Assembly: GCA_964016885.1 (NCBI GenBank)
Contig: OZ024741.1
Span: 111,228,001 to 111,292,000 of the forward strand
Direction of reading: 5' to 3'
Length of the DNA stretch: 64,000 nt
Origin: Eledone cirrhosa
Lineage: Eukaryota
Below, piece by piece: positions 1-13,019 of the stretch (its first letter is position 1; every line of letters starts with the position of its first letter). Both the position numbers and the translations under genes were made by a program. A model generated the notes under the pieces. It was given only the letters and a program-made list of their open reading frames with translations. It did not search any database and was not told where the DNA came from.

Positions 1-170
1 CAACTATCGTTGCCATTTTGTTCAACACTGACAAAGGAACGATGAACTAGTTTCGAGCTTCTTATTTTCTTTACATATTGTCCACGCATGCAGTTTTTCC
101 ACGATTAGGGCTGTTGGCAGCCCGCGTTCCAAAATACCTCATCCCGTGCAACGCCGGGTACCACTGTTTG
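1..170 (+). mobile_element. Helitron 3' end (non-autonomous family)
   Basis: Subterminal hairpin CCCGTGCAACGCCGGG followed by TACCACTG and a decayed CTAG. 62-167 is near-identical to 59004-59108, which ends in an intact CTAG. Confidence 0.75.
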
Positions 171-180
171 TATATATATA

Positions 181-1075
181 AAATAGGAAAATCTTCTTTA
201 GGCTCCTCGAAAAACACTTCCCACCACAACACCACTACCACAACATAATCAACAAAAACGCTATCAAACTCTCCTACAGCACCACACCCAACTTCGCACA
301 AAACATCACCTCCTCAAACAACAAGAAACTCAACTCCTATGGAAGAAACAACCTAGACTTTAGTGGAGAGCCGACCAGGGGTGTAACAGCCGTGATAATT
401 CTACGTGCCCCCTCAACAACAGATGCCGAGAACGTAACGTCATCTACTAATGCAGGGTGAGGACGGAAAACTCCAACAAAGTCTATATAGGATTAACCGC
501 TTGTGACTTTAAGACCCGGCTCTACCAACACCGACATACGTTCAGAAGCCCGGCCCGGTGACATGCCACTACACTTTCGGGCCACATCTAGGACCTCCAA
601 GATAATAATATCACATACCATCTTACTTGGAACTTACTTTCCAGGGCTAACTCCTACACGGGAGGTCGCCGTCCGTGTAACTTATGCTCGGAGGAAACAA
701 TACAAATGCTGTTTACGAAGGACCAACTCCTAAATAAAAAAGACAAACTTGTAACTGCATGTAAACACCGATTGCGTAGGACTTACCTCGCCCTCAAACC
801 CCCTCATGACCCGGGTGGGTAGACAATGGCTGTAACATCCTTCTTTTCCCCACTTGCCGAACAAGATAGGGGAAACCCCAGCATACATAGGTAGATGTTC
901 TTCTTTTCTTTTTCCCTTCAACTCTTCTTCTCACTTCCTTCCACTCCCTCTCCTCTTCCTTTTCCTTTTTCCTCTTTCGCTTACCCTGAGCAGCCCATCG
1001 GGTTTTTGTAGCCTCAGTACCCCCACCCCAGTAAATTCTATATAGCATTGGCCGAAAATGCAATACCAGCTAAAT
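181..1075 (+). mobile_element. 5'-truncated, degenerate Penelope-like element (Nematis-type C-terminal GIY-YIG endonuclease)
   Basis: Manual translation, absent from the ORF track: ..LLEKHFPPQH..IKLSYS..GCNSRDNSTCPLNNRC..VIY*..VYIGLT..FKTR..H..CNLCSEE..LLNKKDKLVTACKHR, stop at 820-822, with internal stops. It starts at a (TA)n run. The 3' boundary is approximate. Confidence 0.75.
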
Positions 1076-2819
1076 TTCCCCACTCCGCGGCTTCCATCGA
1101 CTTCCAGTGCTCTGCACCTTTTTATGCAGCTGTCATCCTTCATACACATCACATCTCCATACCAACGCAACCGCCTCTCCTGCACACAGCATTTGATTCC
1201 TCTTATGCTCAGTCTCTTTCTTAATTCGTTTATGCTTTGCCGTTCGCGTATATTACTATTACACATCCATCGGAGCATGCAGGCTTCGTTTCTTTCTAAT
1301 CTACGCAAGTCTTCTACAGACAGCGCCCAGGTCTCACTACCATGTAAAATTGCTGTTCGTATACACGCATCATACAGCCTGCCCTTCATTTTGAGGGAAA
1401 GGCCTTTTGCAGCTAGCAGTGGCAGTAGCTCCCTGAACTTCTTCCATCCTGTTCTTACCCTAGTTATTGTACTTTCTGAACACCCACCCCCGCTGCTAAT
1501 TCAGTCACCTAAGTAGCAGAAGCTATCTACTGTTTCTGCAGAGCCCTCCCAGAGTTTGGCGCTGCTTGTTTCTTGTGGCTGTTTGCTGCTTGCTATCCCA
1601 GTGCAGCTGCTACATGTGAAGCCTACATCCTTATTTAAGCTTCCTGAGATCCCACTACATCTCTTGTGTACCCATTGTTTGCATTTGGGGCAGAGAATGG
1701 AGTTCCTACCTACACCTTTCCTACATACTGAGCAAGGCCATTTCCCTGAGGGGATCAGGGTTCTGTTTTTTCGTCTACTTACAAGGACCTTAGTCTTTGT
1801 CAGGTTGACTTTGAGACTCCTTCTTTCTAGTTCCTGCTGCCATGTTTGGAATTTCTTCTCTAGTTCTACCATAGCTTCAGCTATTAGTACGTGATCATCT
1901 GCATACAGGAGTTCCCATGGGCATCCGGTCTTAAACTCCTTCGTTATTGCCTGATGAACAGGAGAGGGCTAAGAACAGAGCCCCGGTGGACACCAACCTG
2001 TATGCTAAATTCCTCGCTATAGTCATTGCCAATCCTAACTTTGCTGACTGCTCCCCTATACATGGCTTGTACAGCTTTCACAAGCCATTCATATACTCCT
2101 AGTTTTCTAAGAGCCCACCAGATTATAGTACGGAGAACTCTGTCAAAGGCTTTCTCGAGATCGACGAATGCCAGGTAGAGTGGCTTACTTTTAGCTAGGT
2201 ACTTTTCCTGTAACTGCCTCACAAGGAAGAGAGCATCAGTGGTGCCTTTTCCTGGCACAAACCCAAATTGCATCTCATCTAGTTTCACCCGGTCCCTAAT
2301 CAACTATGCTATAACTCTTTGTTACTTTCTTGACCTGGTCCATCAGCTTTATACCTCTATCTAGTGCATCACCTATACCCTTGTAGCAGTTGACAATGAT
2401 GCTGCTGCACCAATCCTTTGGTATGACGCCTAGTATTACCTGGTTAACAATACGTGTGGTTATGGTGTGACCTACCGACCCAGATGCCTTCAGCATCTCG
2501 GTAGCTATACTCGATGGAACGGTTGCCTTCCCCATCTTCATATCTTTGATTGCCTTACTTACTACGCTGCTGCTGACTTGTACTGCTGGCCCCTCTATAG
2601 GGTCTACCTGGGGCAGGGTCTCTTCTTCCCATGCATTCTCCTCATTTAGTAATCTTTCATAATGGCTCTTCCATGCATCTTTCTTCTCAGCAATTGTGAG
2701 GGCAAGCTCACCTTTATCATTCTGGATACACTTCTCTCCAATGACATCACAATTCTCTCTGACACATTGCCTCGTAATCTTGAACACCTCCTGTTTCTGG
2801 TCCTCATGTTGCAAGACAT
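1076..2819 (-). mobile_element. RTE-clade LINE fragment (RT domain)
   Basis: ORF pieces 2296-2886, 1944-2303 ([19 protein letters not shown]), 1501-1872 and 931-1389 (HGSETW..RLRWYG). Same family as 27713-29150. Confidence 0.92.
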
Positions 2820-4740
2820 GCTTGAATTGTTTAGTCCAGTGCAACTGGGTGTTGGCGTGTCCGGTGACTGTGAGGGAGCCGCTCATGCAATCAGGCAGTT
2901 CTTCAGCAGCTGCCCATCGGTACCGGTATCAAGCTTGACATGAGGAATGCCTTTAACTCTTTACGCCGGGATCATCTGCTCGAGGCCTGCCTCAGCCGAG
3001 CCCCCTCTGCCTACCCGCTGGCCTACCTGTCATATGGAGCCCCGAGCATGCTCCTAGCTGCTGATACGGTTTTACCCTCGGCTACTGGGGTCCAACAGGT
3101 CAACCCTTTGGGACCCCTCCTGTTCGCCCTTGTATTGACCACATCTCCCAAAGTATCACAGCCCCTCTCAATGTTTGGTATCTGGATGATGCTATGTTGG
3201 GCGGGCCCGTATGGACGGTCTGCCAAGACCTTCAATCGGTGATTCCTGTCCTGGCGGGAATCGGCATCCAGGTCAACTCGGCCAAGTCAGAGGTGGTGGA
3301 TCTCAGCCTCGATGCTGCGAGCTTTGCAGCCTCTGTCTTGGACGTGCAGTCCATTCTCCGCCAGGTTCAGGTGACTCCCAAAGAGGATGTCCTCATCCTC
3401 GGGTCACCGATCCACCCGCCGGCCATCCGCTCCACCATCAGATCCAGGCTTCAACAGCTCCAGACTCTCACGAACCGACTGGGCTTGATTGACGGCCACC
3501 CAGCTCTCTTTCTGCTAAGGAACTGCTTCGCCATGCCGAAGCTCCTCTATACACTCCACAGCGCTCCATGCTACACCCAGACATCTCTCCTCGCTGACCT
3601 CGATACTTGTATCCGAGCAGCAACCAAGGGGATATGCAACATCAAATTTGACGACATAGGGTGGCAACAGGCCAATTTACCGGTCAGGTATGGGGGCCTT
3701 GGCCTCCGGTCCCCGATCTCACTAGCTTTGCCGGCGTATCTTTCATCCGTAACCTCGAGCCGCGTCCTCGTCAGCAGGGTTCTTCAAAACACAACAGAAC
3801 CCTCTGTGTTCAGAGAACGTGAGGCCGGCTGGGACTTAGCCCAGTAGATGTCCCTCCTCCTTCTCCCCCTGCTGATGTCAAGTCCCCCCAATGCACTTGG
3901 GATGCCATCCAGTGCAGCCTGGCCTCAGACAGGCTCATGCGCCAGCTCGACCAACACCGCCTTGCTTGTTTTCGTGCGGCCTCCAAACCCCACAGTGGTG
4001 CCTGGCTCCATGCCCTGCCCTCCTTCTCCACTGGTACGCAGCTAGACAACCATAGCTTGCGAATCTGCGTTTCCCTGAGGCTCGGCCTCCGGATCTGCCA
4101 GCCACACCAATGTCGCTGCGGTTCTACCGTGGACCCTTTCGGGCTCCACCCGCTTTCCTGTCGTCACAATACCGGCTGCATTCCACGCCATGCTGCCCTC
4201 AACGAGGTCATTAAGCATGGCTTGGATGCTGCAGGCCTCCCTTCCCAGCTCGAGCCAGTGGGGCTGGATCAAGGGGACGGCAAAAGGCCAGATGGCATGA
4301 CCATCTTCCCGTTCCGCGGTGGCAAACCCCTCGTCTGGGATGCCACTTGCACCGACACTTTCTGCAGCCGCAACCTGGTGCAGTCTGCGACTGACCCAGG
4401 TTCTGCTGCACGTCGGGCTGAGGGGGCCAAACTCTTCAAATACCGGTCGCTCTCCGACAGGTTTGGGGTCGTTCCCCTGGCAGTGGAGACTTTTGGTGTC
4501 CTCGGCCCCAGGGCTACCTCCTTACTCACCACCATAGGCGCTGAGCTGGCCAGCCGCAGGTGTGAGCCCCGCGAGTTGGAGTGGTTTTTCCACCGCGTCT
4601 CCCTTGCCGTCCTCCGGGGAAACACCTTCTCCATTCTGTCCGCCGGGGCTGTGGGTGGGCCCCATCGCGTACCAATACATTAGTTAAATCCCATTCTTTC
4701 CACTGATACAACACAATAAAGACTAAACGGCAATTGTTTA
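2820..4740 (+). mobile_element. CRE-like non-LTR retrotransposon (RT + CCHC + restriction-like endonuclease), 5'-truncated, frameshifted
   Basis: QLGVG..KLDMRNAFNS..GVQQ.NPLGPLLF..YLDD..GGLGL; CRCG..H..C..RH zinc motif; RPDG..VWD..KY..PLAVETFG (PD-D endonuclease). GC-rich, with AATAAA then (TA)n at the 3' end. Confidence 0.85.
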
Positions 4741-4744
4741 TCTA

Positions 4745-4860
<116 letters not shown>

Positions 4861-7800
4861 TTGTGGAATAATGACTATAAATGAGATACCTTGATAGATG
4901 CATCTATTTCATCAGCTTTTGTACCTTTTGGTACTACAGGATGTATTTGTTTAAAATCACCAGCTAGTAAAACAGTAATACCACCAAAAGGTAAATTATT
5001 CTTTTTAATCTCTTTCAATGTTTTATCAACAGCCTCTAAAATCTTTTTGTGTGACATTGTAACTTCATCCCATACTAATAAATTACAAATTTCTAAGGTT
5101 ATCCAAATTTGACTATTTTTTCTAATTGATGTTGTGAATTCATCAAGTATTGATGATGAAAATGGTAATTTAAACATTGAATATACTGTTTTTCCATTAT
5201 CTATTAAAGTTGCTGTTATTCCTGAAGAAGCAACGACTATACTAATATATCCATTCATTTTATTGTTTGCTAGTAAAAGATTGATCAAAAATGTTTTTCC
5301 AGTTCCACCTGGAGCATCTAAAAAGTATGTTTATTCATTTCTATTGGTTATTGAATCATTGATTGTAGTGTAAATAAGTCTTTGTTCTTCATTCAACAAT
5401 GGTTCATACACATCTACAAAGTTTCTTATTTCTAAGTGTTCATTTACTTTTTCAATAGTTTACTTCTAGTTCTTTGTAAGTTGGTTCAGGTAGTCCTATT
5501 TCAATCAAAGCCTTTTGTCCCATTTCATATAAAGGAGCTTTAAGTTTGTGTAAAAGTTCACTGTATAATATTTCATCATCATTTATTTTTCCTTGATGAT
5601 TGTTTGTTAATCGATTTAGAATATCAACTGACATTGGTTGTTTAAATTCTTCATATAATACTACAGAATCAGAAGGATTGCAATGAATTAGAATTATTGC
5701 AAATAAGTATATCACCTGGCATGGCAGTTTGGTAGAAACAGCTTCTCTAAGTGCTAGTTTTAGATTATTGTCATCTTCTAACAATCCCCTTGCTAAACAA
5801 GCTTCTCTAAATGTATTATAGACAATACCCTCGTGTGTTTTTATGTCTCTGAAAGATTTTGGACCTCTAACTATGTTCAGCAATAATCTGAGATAATAGC
5901 ATTCTGTTTGATTAGGTGGTACAGTGTAAATTCTAGAACATGTTTGCACAAATCTACCATTCAATCTTTTTTTCCATGTTTTATTGGAAGTAAGGGTATA
6001 ATGAGATGGAATGTCCTTATATAAGAAACTTCTTTTGAAGAACGAAATTAAAATTGTATTTTGGGGATTTCTAATTCTACTTTCAACATTATTGCTGGTG
6101 AAGTTCTCGTTGGCCATTTTCTAAATGTATATTCAATTGTTGAACAGCTGGGTATCGCATGTGAATATTAAATTGAAGGATTTTCCATGCAGCCTCATTA
6201 CTATTGAGATAACATCCTGTTACAAACTTATTAACTTTATTATATTGGTCATTATTCCGTATTCTTAGAACAGCATCATTGCTACCTTTATTAAAGTTCT
6301 TAATTATATATACTATAGCTTGAACAGAGGAGCAAAGTTCTACATTGATGGGTCTTTAAATACTTTCCAAAGTAATGGATTGTAAGGTTCAATACACCTA
6401 TTGTCAATTGTATGTGTTTTTGAGTTTCTTGTTATTGTTGCTGTTTTTCCTCCATCTTCTGTTTTTCTCCGTCTATATAAGGGGTATCCTGTGACATCAG
6501 TCTTGGTTTCATTAATTAAATATTTTCGGTAATTTTTCCCACATTTTGCATCATTCACACATGGACATTGCGGATTTAATAGACCATTAACCATTTATGT
6601 AGTGGCAATATCAAAGATTAGGATCATTAATTGGATTGGGAATTTCTGCAGAGATTACCGAATCAGTGTGTAAGAAAGGAGTCCATATCCAGTGTGTAAG
6701 AAAGGAGTAAGTAGAAATTCCATTCTATGCCCCAAATGCAAATTATGGGTACATAAAAGATGTAGTGGGATCACAGGTAAGCTATCTGAGAATGTAGATT
6801 TTATATGTGGCTGATTCTCAGGTGCAGTAAGTAGTAAGGACCCACTGGATGATATCTCCTTCAACTGCCCAGATGGTTCATTATAAATAGTAGACATTTT
6901 CCATTACCTGGATGACAAAATCAGCAGTGGAGGAGGGTGCTCTGAAAGTGTAGTAGCCAGAGTTAGAACGGAATGGAAAAAGTTCAGAGAGCTAATACTG
7001 CTGTTGGCCACAAGGGGTTTTTCTCTAAAAAGTGAAAGGTAGATTGTATGATGCTTATGTATGAACGGCAATATTACATAGCAGTGAGACCTGGCCATTG
7101 TGTGCTGAAGACTTGCGTAGATTAGAAAGAAATGAAGCTTGCATGCTCCAATGGATGTGTAATAGTAATGTGCGCGAATGGCGAAGCATAAACGAATTTA
7201 GAGAGAGACTAAGCATAAGAGGTATCAAATGTGTTCTGGAGAGGAGATTGCGTTGGTATGACCATGTGATGCATATGAAGGACGGCAAAAAGTGCAGAAC
7301 AATAAAAATTGATGGAAGCTACTGAGCGGGTAGACCAAGAAAAACCTGGGACGAAGTGATAAAAACTGACCTTGCTCACTTACACCTCTCTAAGACAATG
7401 TCACTGGATCGAGATCTTTGGTGCTATGCAGTTATACAGAATACCTTGCATACAAACCTAGTCAGTAGGCATCTCTTAACCAAATATACACACCATCCCA
7501 TCCTCCCATTTCCGTCCACTGTGTCGGTGACACAACAAAAAGCAGCCTGTCCACACTGTAAAGTGGTCGTGTAGGAGACACAGTAAAAAGGCTCCCAGTC
7601 CACACTGTAAAAGTGGTTGGTGTTAGGAAGGGAATCCAGTCATAGAAAACCTGCCAGAGACACTTCCGTATGAGTGAGACACGGTCTCCCGATCAATCCC
7701 GCATCAAATGGAACAAAACCGTCTAACCTATGTTAGCATGGAAGATGGACGTTAAACGACGATGATGATGTTCACTCTAACCAAAGTAAGATATGAGCAT

Positions 7801-9849
7801 GCGTTAAACCTCTTTTCTGCCATTCTACTGTATATATGTAAGCTTTTGTTTTGCCAAATATTCCACCTCCCTTATCAACCAATATTTTTATCATTTTGTT
7901 TAACTTTTGTTTGAAAACTCTTGCAATTATGTTGTGCCTATCTTTGGGTTTTTGACCTTTTTATAGGTTCTCCATTATCTCATTCCATTTAGGATTGCAA
8001 GTGAATGTTATAAATAAATCAGGCCTACCATATTCTCTTACATAACACATTGCATCTTGAGTTCTTTCCTTCCAATATCTTGGACTTCCAACAAAAGTAG
8101 AAGGTAAAATTACAACCCTACCTAATTCTTGTGCATTGAGTACTCCTTCATTATTTAGAGAATCTTTTAAAAGCGAATACTCTTCGACCCTTAGCTTAGT
8201 TTAGTGCTGTTTAATGTACAATAACCGTTCTAACTCAATTTTGGCATAGATATCAACTAAATACATTTGGAACAATCATTTACATCTTACAATTTGATTC
8301 CAAGTATTTCTTAGTTGTATATGATATGCATAATATTGCCTACATGTAACGTTCTTATTTGGGACTGTTTGATTTGTATTTGGGTTGTATAAAGGTAAAT
8401 CCAACGAATAGCCATCATTTCCTCTCCAATGAATCAAATGATATTGTAGCGGATCATAGGATCTATGTTATTCATTGATTTTCTTTATAGTGTTATATTT
8501 ATAAGTAAAAATGAATTCTCTTCGAGGAAATTCAGTTTCAACCCATACTAATCCCACATCGTTAGATATTCGGTCATTGTACCTTCGTGGATGCTCACCA
8601 GCTGGTACTCTATCTGCACAAATTGACAATTGAAGATTTGGCCTGTTAACAAAAGATAGTTTTAATTTGTCTAAGCTCATTATTTTCCAAAAGCATCTCT
8701 TGGGTGTGTCTTATAATATGTAAATCATCAATAAAATAAACCTGAGCATATTTAGGAATATTCTGTGATAAATCTGACCTTGTATTTTAAAAACTGGCAT
8801 GAATCCCGGCAGAGATATTGATTCATCGACTCCAAAGGATGTCATTGAAAACAATTCGTTATATAGTTTTATATTCTTTAAGTTTTTGGAAGCCCGTGTT
8901 TCCCCCAGCATTAGTATATTTAAAGGTTCAGGTGGTCTTTCAATTAAATTCAATTTAACTTTACCATTTGAGCAACATAATCCCTTAGGTTCAACTTTAA
9001 ATAGTTTTGCACAACAATGTTTACAAACTACTGACATTGTTCCTAAATTTGATAGATTATCATAATTTTTACTTGGATCATATTCAAATGCTGCATTTGT
9101 AAATGATGTAACAGAACTACGTATTTCGGCATACCTTGATCTTTTTACTTGAGTTACAATGTGTTGTTCCTCTCTAGTCTGAGAATGTCTTGCTTCATTG
9201 TGAGAAATTCTATTTTCTCCTCTTATTTCATCTCTTCTTTTTTTCTGTCAAATTTCCTCTCAACTCTTGAAGAGCTAATCTGTTTTCTTCTCTAATTTCC
9301 TTTCTCCTTTGGATTGAGAGCCTTTCCCGTCTTTGTCTTTGATACTTTCGATTTCTTGTGATATCGTAATTTTCTGAAGTGACACTGTTGTTTAATGAAT
9401 TTGTGACGTTTGCTTCCATGGCGAAAAAATATGCATTTCACTTTAGTTACTGAAAGAACGCTGGTTTGTTTATGTATGGTTACTGGAAGAACGCTGGTTA
9501 AAAAGAATTATTACATACACACACATCTACACAAATATATACATAAACTGACTCATGAGAGAAAATTATTATTACATGCACACACATATGTGTGTTTCTA
9601 AATAAACATACACAAACACATATACACTAACTCAAATATTATATATAAATATACTTTACACAAACACATATACATTCACTCAAATATATATAAATATATT
9701 TTACACAAACATTCACATCCCTTTTACACATATATACACACAGAGTTGAAACGCTGTTTGATTTTTTTTCTTTTCACCGTAGAATTTTCACCATCCCACT
9801 TCCATGTGAACTGACTGTGGATTAACACATGGACTTATATTTATATAGA
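4861..9849 (-). mobile_element. Degenerate autonomous-type Helitron (Rep/PIF1 helicase)
   Basis: Helicase motifs DAPGGTGKTFL, VASSGI, WDEVTM, FGG...GDFKQI. Rep motifs GLTHAHIL, GRPDLFITFTCNPKW, YYLRLLL..VRGPKSF; N-terminal C..C..CC..GKV. Probable 5' TCTATATAAAT terminus at 9849; 3' end missing. Confidence 0.88.
6660..7770 (+). mobile_element. RTE LINE 3' fragment nested in the Helitron
   Basis: [28 protein letters not shown]; family 3' UTR ending GGACGTTAAACGAC(GAT)n. Confidence 0.88.
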
Positions 9850-10699
9850 AAAGATAGAATAGGTGGTATTTTATTTATTTCTGTTTTCTAATATCGTTAA
9901 CTTTTGCTTATCATTTATGAAAACGTAATTTCTCAGGGCAAATATTTAAAAAAATTTATTTGAAAAATCGTTTTTTTTTTCTTTTGCCATCCTGTTCTCT
10001 GATTCGTAAGACGCAACCAGTCTTTTAAGTGTCATTTTTTTAACTTAATATGTATGGAATGCTAAATCAACACCTCAATATTCCAGCTACTGCGTAACTA
10101 CATACCCCCAACTATTTTGTTTCACTACTCCACTAGTGTCATTCTATAATCCTGATTAATAACTTCTGAATTGATATTTTCTAGCGGGTAATAATTCGTT
10201 TACTAATGATGAATACAGCCGTAAATGTATGAGGGGCAAAAAACTCCGTAAGAGTGAAAAGTAATGTTTGGACCCCGACATCATTTACACCGGAAATAAA
10301 ACGGAACGTAACTAAACAAATCCAAGGAGAAAAGTCACATGCAACTTCAATAAACAACTGATTTAATTATTTTTTTTGCATGTTTCGTTTAGGTCATCAA
10401 GTGATGCATGTTAGGGTGTTTGGATATTTCAGGGCCTGAGCCTCGCTACCACTCGCGCTAATGCTGCGAGTGTGTTGGCTTGCCTAAAAAATGATCAGGT
10501 GGGAACTCCAGCGCCCCTTCTGTGGGGTGTGATAGAGTTTGCGATTCTTCTCCCACATTAGACAATTGGATTCGCAATCGTGAGTTTGCGAGTTCGATGG
10601 CTGGACCGGGCGATGCGTTATGTCTTTCAACAAGACACTTTATCTTGTGAGCGTGACCTGGACATTTTTGTCGGCAGCGATTTGCGTTGAACAAGGCAC

Positions 10700-11378
10700 A
10701 TCTCTAAAATTATCAATAAGGCCGAGGGTGTCTTGGCATCACTCAGCAAGACCTCTGTCAGCTGCTCTCCAGCTATCTATTTAAAGCTGTATATAGCTAT
10801 GGTGCGGCCACACTTAGAATTTGCATCACCAGTCTGGAACCCTAATCTTGCTCAGAACATTGCCTTCCTGGAAACGGTTTGGAGACGTGCAACCAAGCGA
10901 ATGCCCTCCATCTACTATACTCTGAACGCCTTGATTTCCTGGGCATGGATACATTGAAGCTCCAACATCTGGCAATTGACTTGGTAAACACCCACAAAAT
11001 TATTAACCATCTTACCAACAACAACCCTGAACACCTTTTTGATTTCCATGTGTTTAACATACGTGGGCATGCCTACAAAATCAGAAAACAGCACAGCTCC
11101 CATGACTTTTGGAAACATTTTTTCACGTTCAGAGTTGCTGAAGCATGGAACAAACTACCTGCATCAGTTGTTAGCTGCCGAGACACTGCATCCTTTATAA
11201 CCTCCATGCTACCTGAAATTTGCCAACACTACACCTGATATCCTCCCTCCATACACATGCACATATGTATATCATGACTCATATACTGTTCACTTTCTAT
11301 GTACTATACATGTACCTTTGATGAGTTGTAGTGCACCTGAGCACTGTACACAATAATTTCATTATTATTATTATTATA
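10700..11378 (+). mobile_element. CR1-clade LINE 3' fragment
   Basis: YIAMVRPHLEFASPVWNP..RRATKR..YSERL..RGHAYKI..FFTFRVAEAWNKLP; (ATT)n tail at 11361-11376. Confidence 0.85.
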
Positions 11379-11450
11379 TAGGTACCAGTAATGTACTGGG
11401 TGATTGCTGGCCTTGTGCCTAAAGTAGAAACAATTATTATTATTATATAG

Positions 11451-11650
11451 GGCGGTGGATTGGCAGTATCGGTAGAGAGTCGGACACCATGCTTTGAAGC
11501 ACAGAGTTACGTCCCTTTATGATCTGAGTTCAAATCCTGCCGAGGTTAACTTTACCTTTCATCCTTACGGGGGTTCATAAAATAAAGTACCAGTAATGTA
11601 CTGGGTAATTGCTGGCCTTGTGCCCAAAATAGAAACAATTATTATTATTA
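11451..11650 (+). mobile_element. tRNA-derived SINE, family A (CORE-like centre, (ATT)n tail)
   Basis: A-box-like TGGCAGTATCGG, B box GAGTTCAAATCC, central CCTTTCATCCTTACGGGG..ATAAAATAAAGTACCAG. Many further copies in the window. Confidence 0.8.
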
Positions 11651-12508
11651 TTTCATTTATCTTGCTTTATGTTCATACGAGTTATCAACAAGTCACAAAC
11701 AGTGACCTCAAGGTCCGCCATGTTCAAGAAAGAACACACATACACACACATGCATCTTTAGGTGTTCAGATTGTAATGTACTTATATTGACCGAATCTTC
11801 CTTAGTATATGGGCAGTTCCCATTTGTACTATCTTTTGTATTTCTTCGATATGCGGGATTCCTGGGATTTGGGATAAGTAATAGGTATCATACCTAGAGC
11901 GCCTATAACCACTGGTATTGTTTTAGTTCTCAACTTCCACATTTTTCCAACCTCTTTATACTTGTTCAATTTTTCAAATGTTTTTATAGATACATTCTTG
12001 TTTATTGGAATGGACATATCAATTAGCAGGGATACCCTCTTTTTAAAGTCCTTCAGTATTATATCAGGTCTATTTGCATCTATTTTTCGGTCTGTTTGGA
12101 TGCTAAAGTTCCACAAGATTGAGAAGTATGGGAGGTGGTTGATGCTCCCACCAATTCTTTTGATGGGGCAGGTCAAAATGCTTACACATTACCCAATGTA
12201 TGTATTGTGCAGCTCTGTCGTGCCTGTTTAGGTATTCGGTTGGAGCTATAGGACTGCACATTAAAATTATATGATCAATGGTCTCTGGTTGTTTTTTACA
12301 TACATGGCATAATGGGTTGCATCCATTTTTTATGATGTTGGTTTGATAATTTTTTGTTGGCAGGCTGATCTTGTGCTGATATAATCAGTCCTTCAGTCTC
12401 CGATTTCAGTCCAGAGGATGCAAACCACTGATGGGTTAAAGTTTTGTCAACATCAGGATTGTTAGCTCTTTCTTTGCAGTTACTTTTACCTGCTTTGCTT
12501 TTTCTGTG
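11651..12508 (-). mobile_element. R4/Dong-like non-LTR element 3' fragment (restriction-like endonuclease)
   Basis: GLKSETEGLII..QDQ; C..C..PETIDH..C; RHD; WNFSIQTDRKIDANRPDI..IDMSIP..EKLNKYK..IPVVIGALG. Both ends abut (TAA)n. Confidence 0.82.
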
Positions 12509-12518
12509 TTATTATTAT

Positions 12519-12708
12519 TGGCAGTATTGGTAGAGGGTCTGACGCCATGCTTTGCAGCAAAGAGTTACGGCCCTTTATGGTCTGAGTTCAAATCTCGCTG
12601 AGGTTAACTTTGCCTTTCATCCTTACGGGGTCGATAAAATAAAGTACCAGTAATGCACTGGGATAATTGCTGGCCTTGTGCCAAAAGTAGAAACAATTAT
12701 TATTATCA

Positions 12709-12753
<45 letters not shown>
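12519..12753 (+). mobile_element. SINE family A with expanded (ATT)n tail
   Basis: Same A/B boxes and core as 11451-11650; tail about 12696-12753. Confidence 0.8.
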
Positions 12754-12755
<2 letters not shown>

Positions 12756-13019
12756 TCAGGTTGCTCTTTCTGCCAGAAGCTGGAACAGGTAGATAGTATC
12801 AGCAATGGTCCAATTGGACGAGTTCCACCCCAATCGGTAAGCAAAGGAGGTCTGGGATCTTGTTGATCGATAAAAACAAACACACACATATATATATATT
12901 GCGTTTATATACTAATACATTTAAGATATTGATTAGAATCTGTATTGTGTATTTTTTTGGGGGGGTGGGTGGGGGGGATACCTATATTTTATTCACTGTT
13001 GTATAAAAAGAGATATAAT

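Noticed and set aside
559-561. In-frame TGA in a PLE endonuclease as selenocysteine
   Set aside because: It falls at a basic-residue position (likely CGA->TGA decay) rather than a conserved Cys. TAA and TAG stops occur in the same frame, and the conserved Cys codons here and at 46800-47182 are not TGA.
850-1010. Hammerhead in the 3' region of the first PLE
   Set aside because: Only partial matches (CTGAGCA; GGGGAAACCCC hairpin); no complete core could be assembled.
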